NCBI GenBank assembly: GCA_016218805.1
Contig: JACRCW010000045.1
Span: 1-23,178 of the forward strand
Reading direction: 5' to 3'
DNA from: Deltaproteobacteria bacterium
Lineage (GTDB): Bacteria > Myxococcota > JACRCW01
DNA: 23,178 bases
Positions 8,573 through 16,485 of this stretch are shown here, one piece after another. Under the pieces are notes generated by a model. It was not told the origin of the DNA and made no database searches. It saw only the letters and a program-made list of their open reading frames with translations. The position numbers were made by a program, and so were the translations under genes. Numbering within the stretch: position 1 is the first letter of the stretch; each line of letters opens with the position of its first letter.

Positions 8573-9391
8573 TCACGGGAAGGTGGGCAGACACACGCCA
8601 ATATCGGTGCGGTCTGTTCCGTCGGGATCGCGGAAGGTGATGCACCGTTCGGTTGCGCTGCACTGGACCGGGTCCGCCACGCCGCACAACGTCATGCAGC
8701 GCCCGTCCTGCACGCCGTCCTCAGTGATCTCCACAAACGCGGGCGGACCGCCGCCCTGGGGCACGCGCGCGGTGCACTGGTAGCCCTTGGCGCAGTCCGC
8801 CGCGGATGCACACACGGTGCCGGCCGCCCCGTTGCCCGCGGGAACACACTGGTTGGGGGCGCCGGGGCGAACCACGCAGGCCTGGCCGGACGTCCCGCAA
8901 TCCTGCGCCAGGCCGTCACACGGCGGTGCAGGATCATGCGCGGGGTCAATGCACACGCCCCACGCGCCCGCGTTGCCGCCGGGCGGCGGTGCGCACACGG
9001 AGCCACCGGGACACCCGTGTTCCGGCCCGCACAGCGCAAAGCAGCGTCCGCCCGGATTCTCCGGTACACGGCGGAGGCAGACCAGGCCGCGGCCACAACG
9101 CGGGACGTCACCCGCGTCGGGCGGGAGGTCCGCGCATTCGGCGCCGGGATGGCCGGCGCGGCCGCGCGGCACGCAGGTGCCGCGGGTGGACGCGGGACCC
9201 AGCGGCTCGCAGCGGAGGAAGGGCTGGCCGCAGTTCTGCGCCAGGACGCTGCACACACCGGCATCACCCGCGGTGGCGCCCAGTCCCGCGTAGGAGGACC
9301 CCACCGCCACGTCCTCCACGCAGCCCGCCACGGCGAGCATTACGATGACGGGAGCAACGCAGCGCACCACCCAAGCACCTCCGCCCTTCAT
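8573..9391 (-). CDS. Cys-rich repeat lipoprotein (myxobacterial type)
   Basis: Lipobox-like VMLAVAG-C; two similar modules (C..LAQ.C...C...C.P.G....G..C...C..G..C). ATG at 9391 lies just after the upstream stop; the ORF-track extension to 10072 is a shadow of the upstream gene. Confidence 0.8.
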   Translation of the reverse strand: MKGGGAWVVRCVAPVIVMLAVAGCVEDVAVGSSYAGLGATAGDAGVCSVLAQNCGQPFLRCEPLGPASTRGTCVPRGRAGHPGAECADLPPDAGDVPRCGRGLVCLRRVPENPGGRCFALCGPEHGCPGGSVCAPPPGGNAGAWGVCIDPAHDPAPPCDGLAQDCGTSGQACVVRPGAPNQCVPAGNGAAGTVCASAADCAKGYQCTARVPQGGGPPAFVEITEDGVQDGRCMTLCGVADPVQCSATERCITFRDPDGTDRTDIGVCLPTFP

Positions 9392-9395
9392 CCTG

Positions 9396-10184
9396 TCAGC
9401 GCCCCAGCGCCTGGTCGACCATGGGCTGGAACAGGCTGCGCCGGTGGGCGGCGCGGAAGGCATCCGCCGCGCGCGTGGCAGCCTCGCGGTCACCCGCGCG
9501 CGCCAGCAGCACCACCTCCAACGCCAGCCGCTCCTCCACCAGCCGGCCCGCCGGGAAGCGCCGGCCGTGCTCCGCCAGCGCCCCGCGCGCATCCTCCAGC
9601 CGCGCCGCCTGCAGGTGCGCCCGCGCGCGCTCCAGCACCGCGTGCTCCTCCACCAGCGTTTCCGCCGGCGCGGGCACTTCCGCCTGCTCCACCACCTCCG
9701 GCGCGGCGGCGGGTGGGGGATCCTCCGCCACGGGCGCGGGCATGGGCGCGGCGGGCGTCCGCGTTCCGCGGCGGCGCTGCGGCAGTGGGGCCGGAACGCT
9801 GGCCGCGGCCACCTCCGCTTCTGCCACCGCCACCCGTACAACCGCCCCGGCCGCGACGGGCTCCGCCCTGGGAGCGTCTGACGGCGCCGGTGTCGCGACC
9901 GGGGACACCACGATGGAAACCACCGGCTCAACCGGCCCGCGCGCGAGCCAGGCGCCACTGCCCAACGCCCCCAGCACCACGGCGGAACCGACCACGCGCG
10001 CCACGGTGAACAGGCCGCGCGCCGACGGGAGCGGTGGCAGGTCCGCCACGGCACCCGCGGCGATGGACGCATGCAAGCGGCCCTTCACGCGCGCCAGCGT
10101 TTCCGCGGACGGGAGCGGGCGCGCGCTTTCCTCGTCAACAACGCGCTGGATGTCCGGCGGCAGGGGCGGGAGGTTGTGACTCAT
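9396..10184 (-). CDS. Putative anti-sigma factor: short cytoplasmic N-terminus, TM helix, Pro/Ala linker, TPR-like C-terminal domain
   Basis: ATGA overlap with the ECF sigma gene; TM VVGSAVVLGALGSGAWLA; C-terminal EE..VLERARAHL...ALAEHGRRFPAGRLVEERLAL motif characteristic of myxobacterial ECF partner proteins. Confidence 0.75.
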   Translation of the reverse strand: MSHNLPPLPPDIQRVVDEESARPLPSAETLARVKGRLHASIAAGAVADLPPLPSARGLFTVARVVGSAVVLGALGSGAWLARGPVEPVVSIVVSPVATPAPSDAPRAEPVAAGAVVRVAVAEAEVAAASVPAPLPQRRRGTRTPAAPMPAPVAEDPPPAAAPEVVEQAEVPAPAETLVEEHAVLERARAHLQAARLEDARGALAEHGRRFPAGRLVEERLALEVVLLARAGDREAATRAADAFRAAHRRSLFQPMVDQALGR

Positions 10185-10762
10185 GGCCGGCCTCCGGTCT
10201 GCTGGGAGCGCTGCACCAGCGTGATGAAGCGCGCGCGCGCCAGGCGCAGGCGCGAGTACAGCGTGTTGACGGGGACCGCCAGCTCGCGCGCCAGGTCCGG
10301 CATGGAATGCCCTTCCACTTCGTGCAGCACCAGCACGGTGCGCTGCGTCTCGTCCAACTCGTCCAGCACGCGCTGCACCATGGCGCGCTCCTCGCCGGCC
10401 TGCGCCAGCTGCTCGGCGTTGCGCCCCGGGGCCACGCGTTCCTCCGGAGCCTCATCCGCGTCTTCACGCCGGCGCCCCACCTTGCGGCGGTGGTTGGCCG
10501 CTACGCGCGCCGTGATTCCCATCAGCCACGGCCGCAGCGGCCGGGAGGGGTCATACGTGGGCAGCAGCCGGTGCAGGACAAGGAACACGTCATGCGTGGC
10601 GTCCTCCAGGTCGGCCGTGGTTACGCCCAGGCGCCGCAGGCAGTTGTACACGCGACCCGCCTCCTCGTCGTAGATCGCATCCAGGTCGGGCAGCGCGCGG
10701 AGTGGCGCACCGCGCGCCTCCGCCGGACTGGCTGCCGTCTCACGACCGGGTTGCTCTCCCAA
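10181..10762 (-). CDS. ECF (group 4) RNA polymerase sigma-70 factor
   Basis: Region 2 DLEDATHDVFL...LRPWLMGITARVAANHRR and region 4 LDELDETQRTVLVLHEVEG...LARELAVPVNTLYSRLRLAR. The TTG start is uncertain. Confidence 0.93.
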   Translation of the reverse strand: MGEQPGRETAASPAEARGAPLRALPDLDAIYDEEAGRVYNCLRRLGVTTADLEDATHDVFLVLHRLLPTYDPSRPLRPWLMGITARVAANHRRKVGRRREDADEAPEERVAPGRNAEQLAQAGEERAMVQRVLDELDETQRTVLVLHEVEGHSMPDLARELAVPVNTLYSRLRLARARFITLVQRSQQTGGRP

Positions 10763-10823
10763 CGCGCACCGTCCTTCAGTCCATGCAGTTCTCTATTGTC
10801 CCCGGCCCCGCGGATCCGTCACC

Positions 10824-11786
10824 TCACGGCCAACCCGTCCCCAGCCCCACAAAGAACCCCAGCGATCCCGGCGGCATGGCCCAGTAGGTGGCCCCCGTCA
10901 CGCTGTCAGAAAGCCGCACCCGGTTGAGCGACAGCGACGCCTCCAGCCCGGTGCGCAGCGCCACCGCGGCCACCAGCGGGATCTCCAGCTCCAGGCGCGT
11001 CCCCAGCGCGGCGTAGGGGCGCGTCACCCGCCGCGCCTGGTGCAGCCCGTCCCCCATGGCCACCAGACCGCCCGCCGTCGCGGCGCCGCACGCCAGCAAC
11101 CACCCCTGCCGGACGCACGGCAGCCACGTGGCGGCGACCAACGCCGTGCCCACCCGCCCACCGGGCACCGGCAGCAGCGACGGTGCCAGCAGCCGCGCCT
11201 CCACTCCGGACTGGAACGGCCCCCACCCCAGCGCGGTACCCACCTGCATCCCGCTGGAGACGCCCGGCGCGGTGCCCCAGGACAACACCGCGTGTGCCCA
11301 ACCGGAATGCCGCCATTCAATTCCGCGCATTTCCGGGGGCGGCGGAGAGGGGACCCAGCGCGGCCTGCGCCGCGGTGGTGGCGTCGTCACCGCCGGGGGT
11401 GGCGGAGGCGCGGACGCAGGCTGCAGCGCCGCCCGCGGATCAATGGCCATGCACAGGTCCAGCACCAGCGCTTCCGCAATTTCACGGCAATCCATGGACG
11501 TGGAGGCCAGGTCCCGCTGCCCGGCCACGGTGCCATCCGCATCCAGCATGGCCAGGTGCAGCGTGAAGGCGCCCGGACCGCCGGACACCACCGCGTTGAG
11601 GATGACTTCCGGCTCCTCCACCCACGGCGAATACCCGAGCCGCGCCGTCACCGCGCGCTCCAGTTCCGCCGCCTCCGGGCAGGACGTCGCGCCTTCACCG
11701 CGCGCGTAGTCCAGCGCGGCGCGGTGGTGCACGGGCGCTCCCGACGACGACGCGGCCCAGGCGAGGAGGAGGGCGGGCTGCCACAC
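10824..11786 (-). CDS. Secreted hypothetical protein: N-terminal two-Cys domain, Pro-rich linker, C-terminal probable beta-barrel
   Basis: Signal-peptide-like start; SCPEAAELERAVTARLGY...DCREIAEALVL; poly-Pro linker; Gly-rich alternating beta-strand pattern in the C-terminal half. Confidence 0.75.
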   Translation of the reverse strand: MWQPALLLAWAASSSGAPVHHRAALDYARGEGATSCPEAAELERAVTARLGYSPWVEEPEVILNAVVSGGPGAFTLHLAMLDADGTVAGQRDLASTSMDCREIAEALVLDLCMAIDPRAALQPASAPPPPPAVTTPPPRRRPRWVPSPPPPEMRGIEWRHSGWAHAVLSWGTAPGVSSGMQVGTALGWGPFQSGVEARLLAPSLLPVPGGRVGTALVAATWLPCVRQGWLLACGAATAGGLVAMGDGLHQARRVTRPYAALGTRLELEIPLVAAVALRTGLEASLSLNRVRLSDSVTGATYWAMPPGSLGFFVGLGTGWP

Positions 11787-11789
11787 GGG

Positions 11790-14093
11790 TCAATCCGTGA
11801 TCCCGCCGAACAGATCCTGCAACCGCCGCGGGAGGGAGCGCAGCAGGGCCTCCATGCGGTCGGAGGGCTCGGCATGTACGGGGCAGGCGTCCAGCGGTTC
11901 CGCGCCGCGCCAGTAGACCTCGCGGTGGCGCGCGGGGCAGTGCGTGGTGGCGCGGTGACGGGACTCGTCGCAGATGTCCACGGCGGTCAGACCCGCGGGG
12001 ACGGGGTCTGCCGGCGGCGCGTCGTTCTTCCGGATGGCGTTCATCAGGTCCACCCAGATGGGCAGCGCGGCCTGCGCGCCGGTGAGCCCCGTGGGGACGG
12101 GCTGGTCCGCGCCCAGCCACACCACCGCCAGCAACTGCCCGTCCATCCCGGCAAACCACGCGTCGCGGGACTCGGTGGTGGTCCCGGTCTTGCCGCTGGC
12201 CGGGTGGTGGTAGCCCAGCGCCCGGGCCGCGCGCCCGGTGCCGCGCTCCAGCACGCCGCGCATCAGGTCGCGCACCAGGTAGGCCTCCTCGTCGGTGGCC
12301 ACCTCCACCGCGTCGGACGCGCCGTCCATCAGGACCCTCCCCTGCGCATCGCGCACGCGGCGCAGCATACGCGGCGGGACGTACGCTCCGTCGGCAAGTG
12401 CCGCGTAGGCCGCCGCCACCTCCAGCGGACTCATGTCAAACGCCCCCAGCACCAACGACGGCACCGGATCCAACCGACCCGCCAGCCCCAGTTGCCCCAG
12501 GAACTCCACCAGCCGGGGCAGCCCGACCTGCACGCCCACCCTCACGGTGGGCACGTTGAGCGACTGCTCCACCGCGTCACGCACGGTGATTTCGCCGTGG
12601 AACTTGCGGTCACTGTTGCGCGGTGACCACGGCTTCCCGCCCAGGGTGAGCGTGAGCGGTTCGTCGTCCAGCAGCGTGGTAGGCGCCAGCGACCGTCCGA
12701 GCAGGTGGAACGCCCCCAGGTACACCAGCGGCTTGAACACGCTGCCCGGCTGCCGCTTCCCGCGTGACGCGCGGTTGAACTGGCTGTCCGCGTAGGACCG
12801 CCCGCCCACCATGGCCAGCACGTTGCCGTGCGCGGGCTGCATGACCACCACGGCGCCTTCCAGCGGCACGCCCGCGCGCGCGTCCACCTTCTCCAAACCG
12901 CGCCGCAGCGCGTTTTCCGCGGCGCGCTGGATGCGCCCGTCCAGAGTGGTCTCCACGTGGAGACCCGCGCTGCGCAGTTCCACGCCGGGCACCACTTCGT
13001 TGATGAGGTCCACCAGGTCATCCACCGCCCACGGCGCCTGCCGTTGCACCGTCACCGTCGGGCGCACCCGTACCGGCGCGGCCACCGCCGCATCATGCTG
13101 CTTCCGGTTGATGCGGCCCTGTTCCAGCATCAGGTGCAGGACCACGTCCCGGCGGGTCCGGGCCTTCTCCGGGTGGCGGTCCGGCGCATACGCATTGGGC
13201 GCCCGGATCATGCCCGCCAGCAGCGCCGCTTCATCCAGCGTCAGCCGCGCGGGCTCCTTGGAAAAGTACGCCAGCGCCGCCTGTCCCACGCCGCAGATGG
13301 ACACGGACCCGTGCTGCCCCAGGTAGATCTCGTTGAGGTACAGCTCCAGGATGCGGTCCTTGGGATACGCGTCCTCCAGCGCCAGCGCAAAGAAGAGTTC
13401 CTTGAGCTTGCGTGACAGCGTCCGCTCCTGCGTGAGGAACATGTTCTTGGCCAGCTGTTGCGTGAGCGTGCTCCCGCCCTGGCGCGCGTCAGAGGTCACG
13501 TTGGTCAGCAGCGCGCGCGCCACGCCGCGCGGGTCCACGCCGTGGTGCTCGCGGAAGCGCCGGTCCTCCACGGCAATGACCGCGTCCTGCAGCGCCTGGG
13601 GAATGTCCTTGAGCGCCACCGGGCGGCGGCTCTCGCCTTCCGGCCCGCGAATCTCCGCCAGCGGCACACCCGGCACCACCGCGCGCGTGAGCGGCATGCC
13701 CTTGCGGCGCTTCAGTTCGGTGACCTTGCCGTCAACGTGCGAAAACTCAATGGCGTCACGCGGGACGTCCTCCAGCCCCGGCCATCCCGGCCGCGGCACC
13801 ACCACGGCGCGCTGCGCGCTGGCCAGCCCGAACTCGCCCGGCTGCACCGGGTTGGCCACGCGCTGGTAGCCCAGTCCGTCCAGCACGTCCGCCAGCGGGC
13901 CGGGCGGCAGCGTGGAGCCCGGCTTGAGCACCAGCGGCGCGGGGTGGATGCGCGTGGGCACCTCCCAGGGACCGTGCTCCACCCGTTCCACCACCAGCAC
14001 GCGCGCCCGCGCGTACACCGCCCACGCCACACCGGCGGCCAGCAGCGCCACGCCGCACAACACAATGAACGACCGCAGGAGCACGCGCCGCAT
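11790..14093 (-). CDS. mrcB: Class A penicillin-binding protein (PBP1b-like: TM, UB2H-like, transglycosylase, transpeptidase)
   Basis: TG motifs EDRRFREHHG, GGSTLTQQLAKN, RKLKE and KDRILELYLN; TP motifs SVFK, SLN and KTG. True start is ATG 14093 (MRRVLLRSF plus TM helix). Confidence 0.92.
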   Translation of the reverse strand: MRRVLLRSFIVLCGVALLAAGVAWAVYARARVLVVERVEHGPWEVPTRIHPAPLVLKPGSTLPPGPLADVLDGLGYQRVANPVQPGEFGLASAQRAVVVPRPGWPGLEDVPRDAIEFSHVDGKVTELKRRKGMPLTRAVVPGVPLAEIRGPEGESRRPVALKDIPQALQDAVIAVEDRRFREHHGVDPRGVARALLTNVTSDARQGGSTLTQQLAKNMFLTQERTLSRKLKELFFALALEDAYPKDRILELYLNEIYLGQHGSVSICGVGQAALAYFSKEPARLTLDEAALLAGMIRAPNAYAPDRHPEKARTRRDVVLHLMLEQGRINRKQHDAAVAAPVRVRPTVTVQRQAPWAVDDLVDLINEVVPGVELRSAGLHVETTLDGRIQRAAENALRRGLEKVDARAGVPLEGAVVVMQPAHGNVLAMVGGRSYADSQFNRASRGKRQPGSVFKPLVYLGAFHLLGRSLAPTTLLDDEPLTLTLGGKPWSPRNSDRKFHGEITVRDAVEQSLNVPTVRVGVQVGLPRLVEFLGQLGLAGRLDPVPSLVLGAFDMSPLEVAAAYAALADGAYVPPRMLRRVRDAQGRVLMDGASDAVEVATDEEAYLVRDLMRGVLERGTGRAARALGYHHPASGKTGTTTESRDAWFAGMDGQLLAVVWLGADQPVPTGLTGAQAALPIWVDLMNAIRKNDAPPADPVPAGLTAVDICDESRHRATTHCPARHREVYWRGAEPLDACPVHAEPSDRMEALLRSLPRRLQDLFGGITD

Positions 14094-14199
14094 GGACGGC
14101 GCAGGGCTTACCGCCCCGTGCGGGGCGCTGTCAGGTAGGCGGCCCGTTGGCTGCGCGGCGGAGAGCGGATACACCGCTGCGCGCAGGGACGGGAACCAC

Positions 14200-15786
14200 A
14201 TGTCCATCCACAAGCCCACCGACGGAACCACGGCCAAGTCCAAGTCCGGCAAGGCGGGCGAATCCAAGCCGGCCGCGTCGCCTCCACCCGCCACCGGTGC
14301 CGTCAGCGACGATGCACTCCGGGGACCGGACCCGCACAAGAAGATTGCCGCCCGCAAACAGCTCACCGGCTCCGAGCAGAGCACCGGCGAGGCGTTTGTC
14401 AGCGCGCAGGGCACCAGCCTGCGGGCGCCGTCGGGCCCCGCGGCGCCGGTGTCCACCGGATCCATTGGCAAGGGACCGTTCCGGGGTTCACTTGACGAGC
14501 GCCAGGACGCGTTCACCAAGGCCGCGCGCAAGGAGGGCGTGTCCAGCGCCAGCGCGGAGAAGCTGTGGCGCATAGGCCCGGGCTGGAACGCGCGGGACCC
14601 GGTCACCGGCTTCCACGGCGAGGCCGACCGCGTCACGACGATGCAGCGTGCCACCGACACGGTGACCGCCAAGCGCGGCACGGCGGTGTACGTGCAGGCG
14701 GACATCCACAACCTCAGCGGGCTCAACCAGGCGCGCGGCGGCCCCGCCACCAACGACCACGTGCGCGCGGTCGCCGGCATCTTTGCCGACGAGCTTGGGA
14801 AGCTGGGCGGGCAGGTCACGCTGTTCCGCGGCAACGGCGGCCGGATGAGCGCCACGGTCACCGGCCGGGACGTCACCGCCGCCGAAGTTGACGGCGCCAT
14901 GACGCACGCGCAGACGCGCGTGGCCGCGTACGCGCGGGAGCACGGGCTGGACACCATTCCGCACCCGCTGGGCCGGACGCCGGGCCTTGGGCTGGAGGCG
15001 CGCGCCACGCAGATCCGTTCCAAGGACACCGTGGACCGCCTGGAGAAGGACACCAGCCTGACCACGGCGGCCGCCGTGAAACCGGACCACGCCGTTCCCC
15101 GCGCGGAACCGCTTGCGCTTGCGGAGGCCTCCCGGCCCGGCACGCCGGACACGGCGTTCAGGAATGCCATGGAGGTCCAGCGCGACGCGTTCAACGCCGA
15201 GTGCACGCGCAACCGGCTGTCCCCGCCACGCGCCCAGAAGCTGTGGGACGAGCATTCCGTCGGCAACCAGGACCCGGTGACGGGCCTGCTGCACGGCAGC
15301 TTCCGCGCGCCCACCGTGCAGTCCGCCATTGATCACGTGCGTGCCAACCCCGCAGACCACGGCGTGTATGTCGAAATGGACGTGGCCAACCTGGGTGGGC
15401 TCAACCGGGCGCTGGGCAAGCAGGGCGCGGATGATGTGTTCCGTTTCGCCTCCAAGACGGTGCAGGAGGAGCTGGCGCCGCTGGGGGGTTCACTGTCCAT
15501 GATCCGGCACGGCGGTGATGAGTTCAGCGCCGTGCTGGTGGGCCCCAAGGCCACCGCGGAGAACGTGCAGGACGCGCTCGGCCGCGCGCGGACCCGCATC
15601 AGCGCGTACACCAACGACCACGGCCTATCGGACATCCCGCACGCCAAGCATCCGGACGACGAGCGCCAGCGCGGCACGGGCGTGCACTTTGGCGTGGCAC
15701 AGCTCACCGCCCGGGACAGTCCCACCACCGTGTTTGACGCTGCCGATGCACGCGTGGTGCTGGACAAGATGCACGGAGGCCACTGA
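14200..15786 (+). CDS. Tandem GGDEF-like protein (degenerate domain 1, domain 2 with intact GGDEF) with disordered N-terminus
   Basis: Two repeats 225 aa apart: DPVTGF...YVQADIHNLSGLN...RGNGGRMS...HGLDTIPH and DPVTGL...YVEMDVANLGGLN...RHGGDEFS...HGLSDIPH. ATG at 14200. Confidence 0.85.
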   Translation: MSIHKPTDGTTAKSKSGKAGESKPAASPPPATGAVSDDALRGPDPHKKIAARKQLTGSEQSTGEAFVSAQGTSLRAPSGPAAPVSTGSIGKGPFRGSLDERQDAFTKAARKEGVSSASAEKLWRIGPGWNARDPVTGFHGEADRVTTMQRATDTVTAKRGTAVYVQADIHNLSGLNQARGGPATNDHVRAVAGIFADELGKLGGQVTLFRGNGGRMSATVTGRDVTAAEVDGAMTHAQTRVAAYAREHGLDTIPHPLGRTPGLGLEARATQIRSKDTVDRLEKDTSLTTAAAVKPDHAVPRAEPLALAEASRPGTPDTAFRNAMEVQRDAFNAECTRNRLSPPRAQKLWDEHSVGNQDPVTGLLHGSFRAPTVQSAIDHVRANPADHGVYVEMDVANLGGLNRALGKQGADDVFRFASKTVQEELAPLGGSLSMIRHGGDEFSAVLVGPKATAENVQDALGRARTRISAYTNDHGLSDIPHAKHPDDERQRGTGVHFGVAQLTARDSPTTVFDAADARVVLDKMHGGH

Positions 15787-15941
15787 TGTCGCTCGAAGAC
15801 CGCCTGGCCCGCCTGGGGCTGGCCCACCTCATCAACAAACCGGAAGAGTTGGAGAAGGCGCTGGCCAAGCTGGAGAAGGAACGGCGCGTGGCGGAGCAGG
15901 AGAAGCCCGCCGCGGCGCCCGCACCCAAGAAGCGGCGCTGA
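15786..15941 (+). CDS. 51-aa small helical protein translationally coupled to the GGDEF-like gene
   Basis: TGATG overlap; MSLEDRLARLGLAHLINKPEELEKALAKLEKERRVAEQEKPAAAPAPKKRR; GC3-rich codons; below the ORF-track cutoff. Confidence 0.75.
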   Translation: MSLEDRLARLGLAHLINKPEELEKALAKLEKERRVAEQEKPAAAPAPKKRR

Positions 15942-15951
15942 CCGGGTACGC

Positions 15952-16485
15952 TCACGCCGGCGGCGCGGGCCGGGCAAGGAACGCCGCCACGTGCGCGGTC
16001 AACCGCTCCACGTCACCCGCGCTCATCCAGGGATTGTGCAGGTGCCGCCGGAGCTCCGCCTCCGTCATGCCCAGCCGGCGCCCCTCCTCCACGGCCACCG
16101 CGTAGCCCTCAATCTCCGTCGGGCGGTCCACGTACGCAAACCGGGCGTCCCACAGGTCCGCGCCCTCGGACAGCTGCCGCAGGTGTGTGAGCTCGTGCAG
16201 CATGTCCAGGTACAGGTCCCGGTGCGTGCCCGTCTTCAGGTACAGCCAGCTGAGCTCAATGCACGGGATGCGCGTGTTGATCCACGCAAATCCGGGAACC
16301 GGCAGCACCCGCACACGGGCTGCTTCAACGAGCTTTGCGCGCACCTCGGGGTCGCGCGCCACGCGCAGAAGCGCGGGTGATTCGCGCACGCGCGGGAACA
16401 CCTCCAGGTAGCGGTGCTTTCCCAGCCCCACGCCGCGGCACAGGCGCGCGTACTCCGGCACTGCGCGGTGGTCCTGCGCCGTCAC
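15952..16485 (-). CDS. Putative zincin-like metallopeptidase (HExxH)
   Basis: LDMLHELTHLRQ with downstream PTEIEGY providing a candidate third ligand; the GTG start overlaps the upstream stop (GTGA). Confidence 0.7.
   Translation of the reverse strand: MTAQDHRAVPEYARLCRGVGLGKHRYLEVFPRVRESPALLRVARDPEVRAKLVEAARVRVLPVPGFAWINTRIPCIELSWLYLKTGTHRDLYLDMLHELTHLRQLSEGADLWDARFAYVDRPTEIEGYAVAVEEGRRLGMTEAELRRHLHNPWMSAGDVERLTAHVAAFLARPAPPA

Noticed and set aside
14094..15329. Apparent 411-aa N-terminal extension making a 1179-aa PBP
   Set aside because: The extension is antisense to the GGDEF-like gene; the PBP's TM anchor begins right after ATG 14093.
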